DNA of 64,000 bases from an uncultured Gammaproteobacteria bacterium (GTDB taxonomy: Bacteria; Patescibacteriota; Patescibacteriia; XYB2-FULL-38-15). The stretch spans positions 249,228 to 313,227 of the forward strand of contig OZ246416.1 of assembly GCA_965231095.1 (NCBI GenBank), written 5' to 3'. The notes below the pieces were generated by a model that had not been told where the DNA came from, did not search any database, and saw only the letters and a list, made by a program, of their open reading frames with translations. Shown one piece after another: positions 28,468 through 37,985 of this stretch (position 1 is the first letter of the stretch; each line of letters begins with the position of its first letter). The position numbers and the translations under genes were made by a program.

Positions 28468-28548
28468 CTTGTTCTCCTTGTGTTTAAAGTTAATCATTTT
28501 GCGATTTTCTTGTCAACTTGTTTTTTGGGAAGAAAATCGCTATAATAA

Positions 28549-29262
28549 ATGAAAATAATTATGCCAAGAATCAGTATAATAATTCCAACTTACCAGCATG
28601 GAGACATGATTGAAACGTGTCTTTTGTCGTTGTTCAACCAAACATTTAAAGATTTTGAGATTATAGTGGTAAACGACGGATCAACCGACAACACAGCCGA
28701 AATTTTAGAAAAATACAAAGACCGCGTGAAAATTATAAATCAAGAAAATCTTGGCGCGCCCTCGGCAAGAAACAGGGGATTTAGAGAATCAACCGGCGAG
28801 TTTTTAATATTCTCTGATGCTGACGTGGACGCGAAACCGGAAATGCTCGCCAAAATGTTAGAAACATTAGAAAATCATCCCGAAGCGTCATACGCATATT
28901 CATCTTTTATATGGGGAAGAAAAAAATTTAGTTTGCACGAATTTGATGGTGGGGCGTTGAAAAAAATGAATTATATTACTTCAACAACTTTAATTCGCCG
29001 CGAACATTTTCCCGGCTGGGATGAAAGTTTAAAAAAATTTCAGGATTGGGATTTATGGCTTCAGATGTTGGAGCAAGGTCACATCGGCGTTTGGGTGCCG
29101 GAATTTTTATTTACGGTTAAACCACGTCGGACGGGAATTTCCAGTTGGCTGCCGTCATTTATGTATAAAATTCCTTGGGAAAAAATCGGTTGGGCGTCGC
29201 CTAGTGCAATAAAAAAATATAATGAGGCATTAAAAATCATAAAAGCCAAACATCATTTATAA
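28549..29262 (+). CDS. Family 2 glycosyltransferase
   Basis: ISIIIPTYQ…VVNDGSTD…SDADV (DxD) motifs. Confidence 0.8.
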   Translation: MKIIMPRISIIIPTYQHGDMIETCLLSLFNQTFKDFEIIVVNDGSTDNTAEILEKYKDRVKIINQENLGAPSARNRGFRESTGEFLIFSDADVDAKPEMLAKMLETLENHPEASYAYSSFIWGRKKFSLHEFDGGALKKMNYITSTTLIRREHFPGWDESLKKFQDWDLWLQMLEQGHIGVWVPEFLFTVKPRRTGISSWLPSFMYKIPWEKIGWASPSAIKKYNEALKIIKAKHHL

Positions 29263-29266
29263 TAGT

Positions 29267-30115
29267 ATGGACCTCTCAATTATTATCGTAAATTGGAAAG
29301 TTAAAGATCTGCTGGAAAAATGCCTACGGTCTATTTTTGAACAAACTAAAAATATAAGTTTTGAGGTTTTTGTGGTTGATAATAATTCGGGCGACGGAAG
29401 CGCGGAGATGGTGCGGGAAAAATTTCCCCAAGTTGATCTGACGGCCAGCGCGGAAAACTTGGGTTTTGCAAAAGGAAATAATCTGGCGATAAAAAAATTT
29501 CGCGGCAGATATGTTTTACTTTTAAATCCCGACACGGAAATTTTAGATAATGCCTTGGGTAAAATGGTTAAATTTATGGACGCCCAAGAGGAGTGCGGCA
29601 TTGCCGGTTGCAAACTTTTAAACGCCGACTTGTCTCTTCAACCATCAGTTCGCGCTTTTCCGGATTTTGCCTCGCAGATTTTTATTTTGTTAAAAATTCA
29701 CCATTTGTTTCCGCACTCAAAAACCATGTACAAATATCTAGTTCAAGATTTTGATTATGGAAAAACACAAGAAACGGATCAGGTCATGGGTGCGTTTATG
29801 ATGATCCGACGAGAGGTGATAAATAGAATTGGAGTGCTTGATGAAAATTTTTGGATTTGGTTTGAAGAAGTTGATTTTTGCAAACGGGCAAAAGAGGCTG
29901 GTTTCAAAATTTTCTACACGCCGGAAGCAAAAATCATCCATCACTTTGGCCAAAGTTTTAAACAAGCCATGGGCGTAAAAAAACAAAAAGATTTTAACCG
30001 GAGTTTGTCGTATTATTTCAAAAAACATGGAACAAAAGGGGAGTGGATCGCAATACAGATTTTACGGCCATTAAGTTTGGCCTTGGCTTGGCTCGCGCAA
30101 AATTTTAAAAAATAA
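29267..30115 (+). CDS. Family 2 glycosyltransferase
   Basis: LSIIIVNW…VVDNNSGDGS…LLNPD motifs. Confidence 0.8.
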   Translation: MDLSIIIVNWKVKDLLEKCLRSIFEQTKNISFEVFVVDNNSGDGSAEMVREKFPQVDLTASAENLGFAKGNNLAIKKFRGRYVLLLNPDTEILDNALGKMVKFMDAQEECGIAGCKLLNADLSLQPSVRAFPDFASQIFILLKIHHLFPHSKTMYKYLVQDFDYGKTQETDQVMGAFMMIRREVINRIGVLDENFWIWFEEVDFCKRAKEAGFKIFYTPEAKIIHHFGQSFKQAMGVKKQKDFNRSLSYYFKKHGTKGEWIAIQILRPLSLALAWLAQNFKK

Positions 30116-30181
30116 AAAAAACCGACTTAATCAGCTTGCGCTTTTCAGTCGGCGTAGATTCGTTCCTCCGTCGATCGCGAT

Positions 30182-30661
30182 CTAGACCGCGATGGGCTGG
30201 TTCACGTAGAAGGCGGCGAGCGTGGCGATGATCTTCATCGCCTCAGCCTCGCCGATCTGGCGGAAGTCGCCGGCCGAAACCCGGCAGTCGGCCGCCAGAC
30301 TGCGGATGGTCTCGGTTCCGTCTCCCCCGATGCGGGTGGAGCCCTCCACTCCCCAGATATTGGCATCAGGGAAGTAGCTGACCAGGATCAGGCGTTCGCT
30401 TTCCTCTCCTCCGGTCAGAGCGACTTCGATCGAGGTGGGCTCCCACCTCTCTTGCTCTTCCTTGGGGGCGCTGGGGCTCACGCGCCCGAAGACGAGATCC
30501 CAGCCGAGGAGGAAGCCGCTGCGCGCCGACGTGTCGAAACCGGCGATGATGTCGTCGTAGTGGACGGCCTCATGCCCGTGGACGCGAAGCCTGGCAAAGA
30601 TCTCCTCGACTTTCTGGCACAACACGATCGTCTTCTTCAATCTTTCGAGCCGGGAATTCAT
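30182..30661 (-). CDS. Hypothetical protein, paralog A of a tandem 3-member family (GC-rich)
   Basis: Shares MxSRLxxLxxxIxLCxxVxxIF…GFxxxxxSGxLLGW…SIEVxL…AxxIIxTLxxFY with the neighbouring ORFs. It has its own TTGACA-17-TAGATT promoter and SD gaaggaggg. Confidence 0.5.
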   Translation of the reverse strand: MNSRLERLKKTIVLCQKVEEIFARLRVHGHEAVHYDDIIAGFDTSARSGFLLGWDLVFGRVSPSAPKEEQERWEPTSIEVALTGGEESERLILVSYFPDANIWGVEGSTRIGGDGTETIRSLAADCRVSAGDFRQIGEAEAMKIIATLAAFYVNQPIAV

Positions 30662-30805
30662 CCCTTACACCCTCCTTCTCGCCCAAACCCAATTGTTTAG
30701 GCTACACTATAATCTAACAACAAAATTATAAATTGTCAAGACTTCCTTATTCTTTTAAAATAAAAAAGCCGACCGAAGAGCAAGTGTTCCTGGTCGGCAG
30801 ACGGA

Positions 30806-31285
30806 CTATCCTCCCGCTGTGATCGCGGTCTTGACCGCGGAAAGGTTGGTATAAAAGTCGACGAGTGTTCGGATAATCGCAAAGGCTTGACCTCTACTGA
30901 TCACCCGAAAATCTCTGTTGGGCGCGAGATCCCAGGTGTCGGCCAGTTTTTGCAACGAAGCGTCTTTCGTCGCGAAACAATATTTGGCCTTCCAGATCAA
31001 GCCACCTTCACTGGGTAAAAGAATCTGGTCGCAGCGTACCTGGATGATTGGGTTGTGTCTGTCTCCCCAACTGATGAACACCTCGATGGAAATGTGTGTC
31101 TCTCTGATGTCGAGACACCAACCAAGAAGGTAGTCGCATCTTGAAGGGGCGGTGAATCCGGCGCAAAAAGGGTTGTACGGAGCAGGGATTGCTTCGCTTC
31201 CTGTGACGCTGCTTGATTCGAAGATCCCTTCAACTTCATTGCACAGTTTGATCACCCGCGTCAGTACCTGAAGTCTTGAATGCAC
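30806..31285 (-). CDS. Hypothetical protein, paralog B
   Basis: Homologous to A and C; SD aaagggagg; terminator hairpin gccgacc…ggtcggc+T6 downstream. Confidence 0.5.
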   Translation of the reverse strand: MHSRLQVLTRVIKLCNEVEGIFESSSVTGSEAIPAPYNPFCAGFTAPSRCDYLLGWCLDIRETHISIEVFISWGDRHNPIIQVRCDQILLPSEGGLIWKAKYCFATKDASLQKLADTWDLAPNRDFRVISRGQAFAIIRTLVDFYTNLSAVKTAITAGG

Positions 31286-31308
31286 TTTTGTCCTCCCTTT
31301 AGGTGCAA

Positions 31309-31764
31309 CTAGCCCACGGATAGCTTAGCGTAGAATTCGGCGAGCGACTCGATGAGTTCGAGCGCCTTGTGTTCGTCCACCAAGGTCGCACCGCGTATAA
31401 GCGACCACCTGAAGACGAGATCATGGACTGCTTGGAATCTGTCGATCTCGAAAGTTAGCACCACGCCCCACCCACAGCCGACAGTGTAAAGGAATTTGAT
31501 CAATTCTTCTGAATTGTCACCCCCGTCGTTCCAGAGACTCACCTCGAGCTGGCAAGGAAGAAGCTCGCCTACGCGACTCGCGTGGTTGTCGAGGTAATTT
31601 AACCGCCAGATGAGAACCAACCCACTCTTGGGTTCGGCGACGAAATCCACAATGGTGGCCGGGTGGTAGATCTGCCGGCCGACAACCCTTGCCTCTCGGA
31701 AGATGTTCATGATGCGATCGCAGAGCGCTAACATACCATGCAAGTCACCAAGCCTATTATCCAT
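31309..31764 (-). CDS. Hypothetical protein, paralog C
   Basis: Homologous to A and B; promoter TTGACA-16-TAAATT; SD aaaggaggg. Confidence 0.5.
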   Translation of the reverse strand: MDNRLGDLHGMLALCDRIMNIFREARVVGRQIYHPATIVDFVAEPKSGLVLIWRLNYLDNHASRVGELLPCQLEVSLWNDGGDNSEELIKFLYTVGCGWGVVLTFEIDRFQAVHDLVFRWSLIRGATLVDEHKALELIESLAEFYAKLSVG

Positions 31765-31842
31765 TTTGTCCCTCCTTTTTTTCGCCGAGTTTTACTCGGA
31801 CTTCATATCAATTTATCACCTGAATATTAATTGTCAACCGCC

Positions 31843-33273
31843 ATGGACCTTTTCGGAAAATATTTTAAAACCTCGCTGCTTTTTATTTCTCTCACGCTGA
31901 TTTTGTCGTTCTGCGCTTACTTTTTTCCGCTTTTTAATAAAGCAGCGTTTTTTGTAATTTTGGCGCTGACGCTTGTTTTAACTTTAGAAAAATTAGAGTA
32001 TGGACTTTATATCTTACTGGCAGAATTATTTATTGGTTCAAAAGGATATCTTTTTTTTCTAGACACTGGGGGAGTTTCGGTTTCCTTGCGCATAGGTTTA
32101 TTTTTAATTGTGATGGCAGTTTGGATTTATAACAGATTAAAGATTAAAGATTTAAGATTTAAATTGGATAAATGGTATTGGATTTTATTTGCCTTTATCG
32201 CCTGGGGTTTTGTTTGGGGATTAATTCGCGGAAACTCTTTCCAAAATTTATTTTTTGATTTTAACGGCTGGATTTATTTTGCCCTGGTTTTTCCGCTCGC
32301 TGACGTTATCAAATCGCGCGAGCAAATTGAAAATGTTTTACAAATTTTTACCGCCTCAATTACAATCATTATCGTAAAAACTTTTATTTTTCTTTATATT
32401 TTCTCCCACGGATTTGAAGTTGTCGTCTTGCCGATTTATCGCTGGCTCCGGCAATTTCTAATCGGAGAGGTTACGCTAATGCCGAGCGGTTTTTACCGGA
32501 TATTTTTTCAATCGCAGATTTATTTATTGATTGGATTTTTTATTTTTTCCGCATTTTTAATTTGGGAAAATAAAAAAGATAAAAGATGTTGGTTCTTGGC
32601 TGTTGGGTCGCTGACCTCGGTTTTGATTAGTTTTTCTCGAAGTTTTTGGGTGGGACTCGCGGCTGGAATTATCGCGTTTTTGGTAATTTTAATTATTCAA
32701 AAATTTTCTTTCGGAAAAATCGTGAGAATCGGCTTAGCCGGCCTCGCCATTTTAATAATTTCTTTGTCCGCGACTTTTGTCACGGCGCAATTTCCGTTCC
32801 CCGAACCGAGAAAAATTTCTTTTGCCTCAATGTTTAGTGACCGTCTGACTGATTTAGATGAAGCAGCGGTCCGAAGTCGCTGGGATTTACTCCCGCCGCT
32901 CGGCCGGGAAATTGTAAAACATCCGATTGTCGGTTCTGGTTTTGGGACAACTGTCACTTATAAAAGCAGTGACCCGCGAGCTGTGCAATTTAATCCCGGC
33001 GGGATATTCACAACCTATGCCTTTGAATGGGGATTTTTGGATATTATGTTGAAAATCGGTCTGGCTGGGTTGGTTGTTTATATACTTCTAATCGTTAAAA
33101 TTTGGCGTTTTGGGTGGTTTTTAGGGCGATCTAGGGACTTTATCTTCCCCGGACTTTTGCTTGGGTTAGCCGCTCTTTTGGCCACAAATTTTTTCAGCCC
33201 ATACTTAAACCATCCGTTGGGGATTGGTTATATAATGCTTTGCGATATAATCTTTCAAAAATTAAAAAGTTGA
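31843..33273 (+). CDS. O-antigen ligase/polymerase (Wzy_C) family membrane protein
   Basis: About 10-12 TM protein with a periplasmic loop (SRSFWVGLAAGIIAFL…). The track start at 31831 is TTG; ATG at 31843. Confidence 0.65.
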   Translation: MDLFGKYFKTSLLFISLTLILSFCAYFFPLFNKAAFFVILALTLVLTLEKLEYGLYILLAELFIGSKGYLFFLDTGGVSVSLRIGLFLIVMAVWIYNRLKIKDLRFKLDKWYWILFAFIAWGFVWGLIRGNSFQNLFFDFNGWIYFALVFPLADVIKSREQIENVLQIFTASITIIIVKTFIFLYIFSHGFEVVVLPIYRWLRQFLIGEVTLMPSGFYRIFFQSQIYLLIGFFIFSAFLIWENKKDKRCWFLAVGSLTSVLISFSRSFWVGLAAGIIAFLVILIIQKFSFGKIVRIGLAGLAILIISLSATFVTAQFPFPEPRKISFASMFSDRLTDLDEAAVRSRWDLLPPLGREIVKHPIVGSGFGTTVTYKSSDPRAVQFNPGGIFTTYAFEWGFLDIMLKIGLAGLVVYILLIVKIWRFGWFLGRSRDFIFPGLLLGLAALLATNFFSPYLNHPLGIGYIMLCDIIFQKLKS

Positions 33274-33378
33274 TTTTAAAAAGCTAAATTTTAAAATCCC
33301 CGCACTGGGCGGGGTTGACAAAAACATTATTTTATAGTATATTTTATAGTTGTCTTTGGATGGAAGGGAGGGTTGGGA

Positions 33379-33585
33379 ATGGTGAGAGATGACGACGTTT
33401 TTCTCTTCGAGGTCAAGTGTGAAACATGCGGGGAAAATTTCTACTACGACGCCCTGACCTTGACCTTGGCGCGGATTCGTGTTCGCTTCGGCGTACACGA
33501 GTTCTGCTGCCACTGGCGTAACGCTACCGCGGTTGGAGAAAAAAATCCCGCCGCGAGAAAAAAGGAGGAAAGAAGATGCCGTTGA
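33379..33585 (+). CDS. Small Cys-containing protein (68 aa) in a GC-rich cassette
   Basis: Promoter TTGACA-17-TATATT upstream, SD ggagggttg, and C…CxxC…CC content. Confidence 0.35.
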   Translation: MVRDDDVFLFEVKCETCGENFYYDALTLTLARIRVRFGVHEFCCHWRNATAVGEKNPAARKKEERRCR

Positions 33586-33641
33586 TCGAAGTTGCGGTCA
33601 AGCGGTTTGACCCGGCGAAGGACGCGTTCTCTTCGAGCTAG
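33576..33641 (+). CDS. Candidate 21-aa peptide (MPLIEVAVKRFDPAKDAFSSS) overlapping the previous ORF's stop
   Basis: Near-perfect SD aaaaggagga 5 nt upstream of the ATG. Coding status speculative. Confidence 0.2.
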   Translation: MPLIEVAVKRFDPAKDAFSSS

Positions 33642-33789
33642 TTCGGAGGTCTGCGGCTGTTAGCCGTTCGCGGTGTCACTTAACTCGTGGCGCCGCTTTT
33701 TTTATTTGACTTTTATCCCAATTTATATAAAATAGACTTATCAAGGTCGCTTTTCTAAACAGCGCGAGGCAAGGGAAAGGGAGGCGGAA

Positions 33790-34107
33790 ATGGTAACGAT
33801 TGAGGTTGGGAATACGGGAGTAGAAGAACGGAAGCGGCGATTCAAGGATATGCTGACAAAAGAGATCGTGAAGATCGGGGGCATCGGAGACAACGTGGAT
33901 GTGACGATCCGGTTCTGTGGCGCGACAGACCGGAGGCGAGGGCCGCTCAATCTCCACATTTTGGACGGCAGCGGTCTTCCGGGCCATCTTCACGGCAAGA
34001 TCGCCGAGGGTCTTTGCTCGGTAGCCAGGAGGTTCTACGAGGAAAACGGCCACGGTGTCCGACCGGTGGAAACTACGATCGGTTCCGTTTTGCGCAAAAT
34101 CGACTAG
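33790..34107 (+). CDS. Hypothetical protein (105 aa), GC-rich
   Basis: Own promoter TTGACT-16-TAAAAT, SD gggaggcgg, and terminator gcggcag…ctgccgc+T-run. Confidence 0.45.
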   Translation: MVTIEVGNTGVEERKRRFKDMLTKEIVKIGGIGDNVDVTIRFCGATDRRRGPLNLHILDGSGLPGHLHGKIAEGLCSVARRFYEENGHGVRPVETTIGSVLRKID

Positions 34108-34330
34108 GAGGCTTACTAATAAGCGAAAGCGGCAGGGGTAAAAATCTCTGCCGCTTCTTTTTTTCTCTGCGGGGGTTGACAAATTTTATAAATAGTGTAT
34201 AATAAAGGCATAATTCAATAAGCTCCGTTTTAAGCGGAGCAAGTAGAAGAGTAGGACAATTTTAACGATAGATCCTTAAGATAATATCAAAAGGTCATAA
34301 GTTAAAATGACCGAGACTTCCAAGTAACTT

Positions 34331-34516
34331 ATGGCCTTCAACAATCAAGGCTTTGGCCAGAGACCTCCGCGCCAGATGTTCAATGTCGCTGACATGAACC
34401 TCAAGTGCGCTGACTGTGGCACTCCGATCACCGAGCTTCCTTTTAAGCCAGCCGCTGATCGACCAGTTTATTGCTTTGAATGCAACAAAAAGCGTAGAGC
34501 TGATTTTGCAAGATAA
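34331..34516 (+). CDS. Zinc-ribbon protein with a CxxC-x17-CxxC domain (61 aa)
   Basis: CADCGTPITELPFKPAADRPVYCFEC. It is preceded by TTGACA-16-TATAAT and an approximately 120-nt structured leader, and followed by terminator ccacccccgat/atcgggggtgg. Confidence 0.55.
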   Translation: MAFNNQGFGQRPPRQMFNVADMNLKCADCGTPITELPFKPAADRPVYCFECNKKRRADFAR

Positions 34517-34577
34517 GAGATAAATAAAACCACCCCCGATGTATCGGGGGTGGTTTTGTGTTATATAAAATTTATTT

Positions 34578-35528
34578 TTAAAGTAGCGTAGCGCCTAAAA
34601 TTTTTTGATAACCTCGTAAAAATTCGCGGCCGGTTGTTTTATTTTTTCCTTCAAGTTGAAGCTCGCTTATTTTTAAATTTTCCCCGGCGGCGGAAAAGAG
34701 CATTTCGCCACTTTCCGTGACACCGACTTTTCCCGGCGTTCCCGCTTCTCCGGTTTCCAAAATCTCCGCTTTTATTATTTTTAATCTTACGGTTTTTTTG
34801 CCGTCCTTCCATTCAGACCAAGTCCCGGGCCATTCTTCAAAGGCCCTAATTTGTCGGTCAATTTCTTTCGCGGATTTTTGCCAATCAATTTTTCCGTCTT
34901 CACGAGTTAAAATTTTTGTATAAGTCGCTTTTGATTCGTCTTGCGGTATGGGCCCAATTTCACCGCTTAGCCATTTTGGCAGTGTTTCCAACAATAAATC
35001 TCCACCCATTTCTGCTAGTTTTTTTAGCAACTCGCCGTAACCAATTTTTAAATTTTCAATTTCAAATTTATGGCTCGCGATTATCGCCCCATGATCAACT
35101 TGCTCATCCATTAAAATTATTGTCACGCCGGTTTCTTTATCACCTTCTAAAATTGTGGATTGGATTGGCGTGGCTCCGCGATGGCGGGGGAGAAGGGAGG
35201 GATGAATATTTATCGCGCCAAATCTTGGAATATCTAAAATATTTTTAGGAATTATTTTTCCGTAATCAGCGACAACAAGCAAATCCGGCTCAAAAGATTT
35301 TATCATTTTTTCCGCTTCGTCGTTTTTTAAATTTTTCGGTTCAAGTATTTTAAAATCAAACTCCAGAGCAATTTTTTTAGCTCTGGACGGAGAGGGGATT
35401 TGTTTTCGGCCAACGGGTTTATTCGGTTGGGTAACCAGGGCTACCGGCTTAAATTCCGACTCAGTTAATTTTTCTAAAATCGCCGCGCCAAATTCTCCGC
35501 TGCCAGCGAATAGTATTTTATAATTCAT
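34578..35528 (-). CDS. fmt: Methionyl-tRNA formyltransferase
   Basis: N-terminal formyltransferase fold with HPSLLPRHRGATPIQ; C-terminal Fmt domain. Confidence 0.9.
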   Translation of the reverse strand: MNYKILFAGSGEFGAAILEKLTESEFKPVALVTQPNKPVGRKQIPSPSRAKKIALEFDFKILEPKNLKNDEAEKMIKSFEPDLLVVADYGKIIPKNILDIPRFGAINIHPSLLPRHRGATPIQSTILEGDKETGVTIILMDEQVDHGAIIASHKFEIENLKIGYGELLKKLAEMGGDLLLETLPKWLSGEIGPIPQDESKATYTKILTREDGKIDWQKSAKEIDRQIRAFEEWPGTWSEWKDGKKTVRLKIIKAEILETGEAGTPGKVGVTESGEMLFSAAGENLKISELQLEGKNKTTGREFLRGYQKILGATLL

Positions 35529-35537
35529 GGTTTTAGA

Positions 35538-36011
35538 TTAAATTTTTGGAACTTCTTCAAAAACTTTTTTGGCTCGATCAATAAAAAGCACGCCGTTTAA
35601 GTGGTCAACTTCGTGCTGGATAACGCGGGCGAAAAGATCCTTTGCCTTAAATTTTACAATCTCCCCGCTTTCATCAAGGGCTTTAACTTTAATAATTTTG
35701 GATCTTTTTACCACCCCCCATTTTTCGGGTACGGAAAGACAGCCCTCTTCAGTGGCTTCTTTTCTCCAGGAAAAATTAATAATCTCCGGATTAATCAAAG
35801 CCATTTTTTTATTTTGGACGGCGATAATAACTATTCTTACGGAAAATCCAACCTGCGGCGCGGCCAGGCCAATGCCGCCGGCAGGAAGAACGGTTTCTTT
35901 CATATCAGAAATTAGCTTTTGAATAACCGGAGTTTTTATATCTTCCAAGCTCAATTCTTTCGCGCGTTGCCGAAGAATGGGGTTTGGGATTGTGGTAATG
36001 GGTAAAATCAT
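35538..36011 (-). CDS. def: Peptide deformylase
   Basis: GIGLAAPQVG, EGCLSVP and HEVDHLNG motifs. Confidence 0.92.
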   Translation of the reverse strand: MILPITTIPNPILRQRAKELSLEDIKTPVIQKLISDMKETVLPAGGIGLAAPQVGFSVRIVIIAVQNKKMALINPEIINFSWRKEATEEGCLSVPEKWGVVKRSKIIKVKALDESGEIVKFKAKDLFARVIQHEVDHLNGVLFIDRAKKVFEEVPKI

Positions 36012-36036
36012 GGTGTGTTAAATTAGAGATGTTATA

Positions 36037-37983
36037 TTATATAATGTTTTCCGGGTCAATGTCAATAGTCCAGGAGTCGGACACGTTTTTTTTAAAAAAT
36101 TCTTTTATGGATGAAGTATCGGCTTCCAAAAATTTTATGATAATTTTTGAGAAGAATTTTTTTTGCTCTCTTCTTGGCTCTGGGTCAAAGAGAATGTCGG
36201 CTTTTTCTCGCAAATTATTTTCCAATAATTTTATAAGTTTTGACGCTTCCCCCGAGCATTCTTTTTGGAGAGGGCTGCTAAAGCCTAGTTTTATTAATTT
36301 GCCAAACGGGGGATAGTTTAAAATTTGGCGGTTATCAAGTTCTTCCAGATAAAAGTTTTCCGGTTTTTCCTCCGCGGCGGCGGAAATGATAAAATTGTTT
36401 GGGAAAAAAGTCTGGATTAAAATCGAACTTTTTATGCCGTGAGAAAAATTTATAATATTGGTAAGCCAGGAAAATATTTTTTCTCCGGAGCGGAAATCCG
36501 GACGGTAAATCAGGGTGTCTGCGGAAATTATCCCGACCAGTCCGATATTTTTTATTTTTATTAAATAATTTTTAATGAAAAATTGTGTACCAACAAAAAT
36601 ATCCGCGTCAGATATTTGCTTATGGATTTTTTCCGATGAGGCATCTTTGTCAATTCTTAAAACGCGCGCCCCAGGAAAGAGTTTTTTAATTTCTTTTTCT
36701 ACGGTTTGCGTGCCCACTCCAAGGTATTTAATATCTGCACCATGGCACTCTGGGCAAGAAATTTTTATTGATTCTTCTTTGCCGCAATTATGACAAATAA
36801 ATTTGGCGGGCAGGGCGCACTCTTCGTCATGGCAGGTGAGGGGAGTTTCGCAGTCGCGGCATCTGAAAACATGATCACAGTCACGGCATAAAATAACCGT
36901 TCCTGACCCGCGGCGATTTAGGAGTAAAATTATTTTTTGTTTTTTAGAAAGTGTTTCAAAAATTTTTTCCTTCATTTTTCCGCTTACGGCAGAAATGTTT
37001 TTATTTTTTATTTCGTTGTTCATGTCAACAAGTGCACCGGGTTGTGACGAAAAAATCGGAGGAGGAAGATAGTTAAAGTCAGGATTATTTTGCGCTTCAA
37101 AATAAATTTCTGGACGCGGCGCCTGGCTCGCGAAAAGCACCTTTGCCCCGGTTATCTTTCCAAGTTTTAGCGCGGCATCCCGCGCGTCATAGCGGGGATT
37201 TTGGTCTGATTGCTTAAAGTCAGACGCTTCTTCATTATCCACAATAATCAATCCAAGATTATTAAGGGGAGCAAAAAGCGCGGATCTTGTGCCGATCGCG
37301 ATTTTAGCCTCTCCCTTTTTTATCTTTGCCCACTCCTGCCAATATTCTGTTTTTGACAACTCTCCGTGGAGTAAGGCGACTTTTCCCGGAAATAATTTTA
37401 AAAAATATGAAGAAATTTCCAAAACATCGTCCACTTGCGGGAGAAGGACGAGCGCGCCCTTGCCCTCTGAAATTATTTTTTCCGCGCATTTTAGAAAAAC
37501 GGCTATCTTACTTTTACTATTTTTATAATGAAAAAGAAAGTTACGTTTTTTTGAAGAAATAATTTTTTTAATCGTATTTTGTATTTCTTCCAAATCGGTT
37601 TTTAGGACCCCAAGGGAAATTGGCCTTGGCTTTGGAAAAGTTTTAAAATTACTCACTTTTTGCGGAGGAGAGGGAAGAAAAGTTTTTAAAATTAATGTGG
37701 GGGAAGTAAGGTAATAATCCGCGAACCATCGTAAAAATTCCAAATGATTTTTATCTAAATTTTCCTCGAAATCAATTATTTTCAAAAACGGTTTAATTTT
37801 AACTTTAATTTCCGCCGGCTCTTTTTTTATGGCAACAATAATCCCGTCAATTTTCTTGCCGCGAAAAGGAATTTTTACAATTTGCCCAACCTTAACTTGT
37901 CCCAAAAAATTTTCCGGGACTTCATAATCAAAAGCTGATAGATTTTTAGGCAAGCGTGCCAGGGGAATAATTTCAACAAACAT
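36037..37983 (-). CDS. priA: Primosomal protein N' (PriA helicase)
   Basis: Helicase motifs (LLHGELS), the Cys-rich zinc domain CRDCDHVFRCRDCETPLTCH…CHNCG, and Walker-like GTRSALF. Confidence 0.85.
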   Translation of the reverse strand: MFVEIIPLARLPKNLSAFDYEVPENFLGQVKVGQIVKIPFRGKKIDGIIVAIKKEPAEIKVKIKPFLKIIDFEENLDKNHLEFLRWFADYYLTSPTLILKTFLPSPPQKVSNFKTFPKPRPISLGVLKTDLEEIQNTIKKIISSKKRNFLFHYKNSKSKIAVFLKCAEKIISEGKGALVLLPQVDDVLEISSYFLKLFPGKVALLHGELSKTEYWQEWAKIKKGEAKIAIGTRSALFAPLNNLGLIIVDNEEASDFKQSDQNPRYDARDAALKLGKITGAKVLFASQAPRPEIYFEAQNNPDFNYLPPPIFSSQPGALVDMNNEIKNKNISAVSGKMKEKIFETLSKKQKIILLLNRRGSGTVILCRDCDHVFRCRDCETPLTCHDEECALPAKFICHNCGKEESIKISCPECHGADIKYLGVGTQTVEKEIKKLFPGARVLRIDKDASSEKIHKQISDADIFVGTQFFIKNYLIKIKNIGLVGIISADTLIYRPDFRSGEKIFSWLTNIINFSHGIKSSILIQTFFPNNFIISAAAEEKPENFYLEELDNRQILNYPPFGKLIKLGFSSPLQKECSGEASKLIKLLENNLREKADILFDPEPRREQKKFFSKIIIKFLEADTSSIKEFFKKNVSDSWTIDIDPENII

Positions 37984-37985
37984 GT

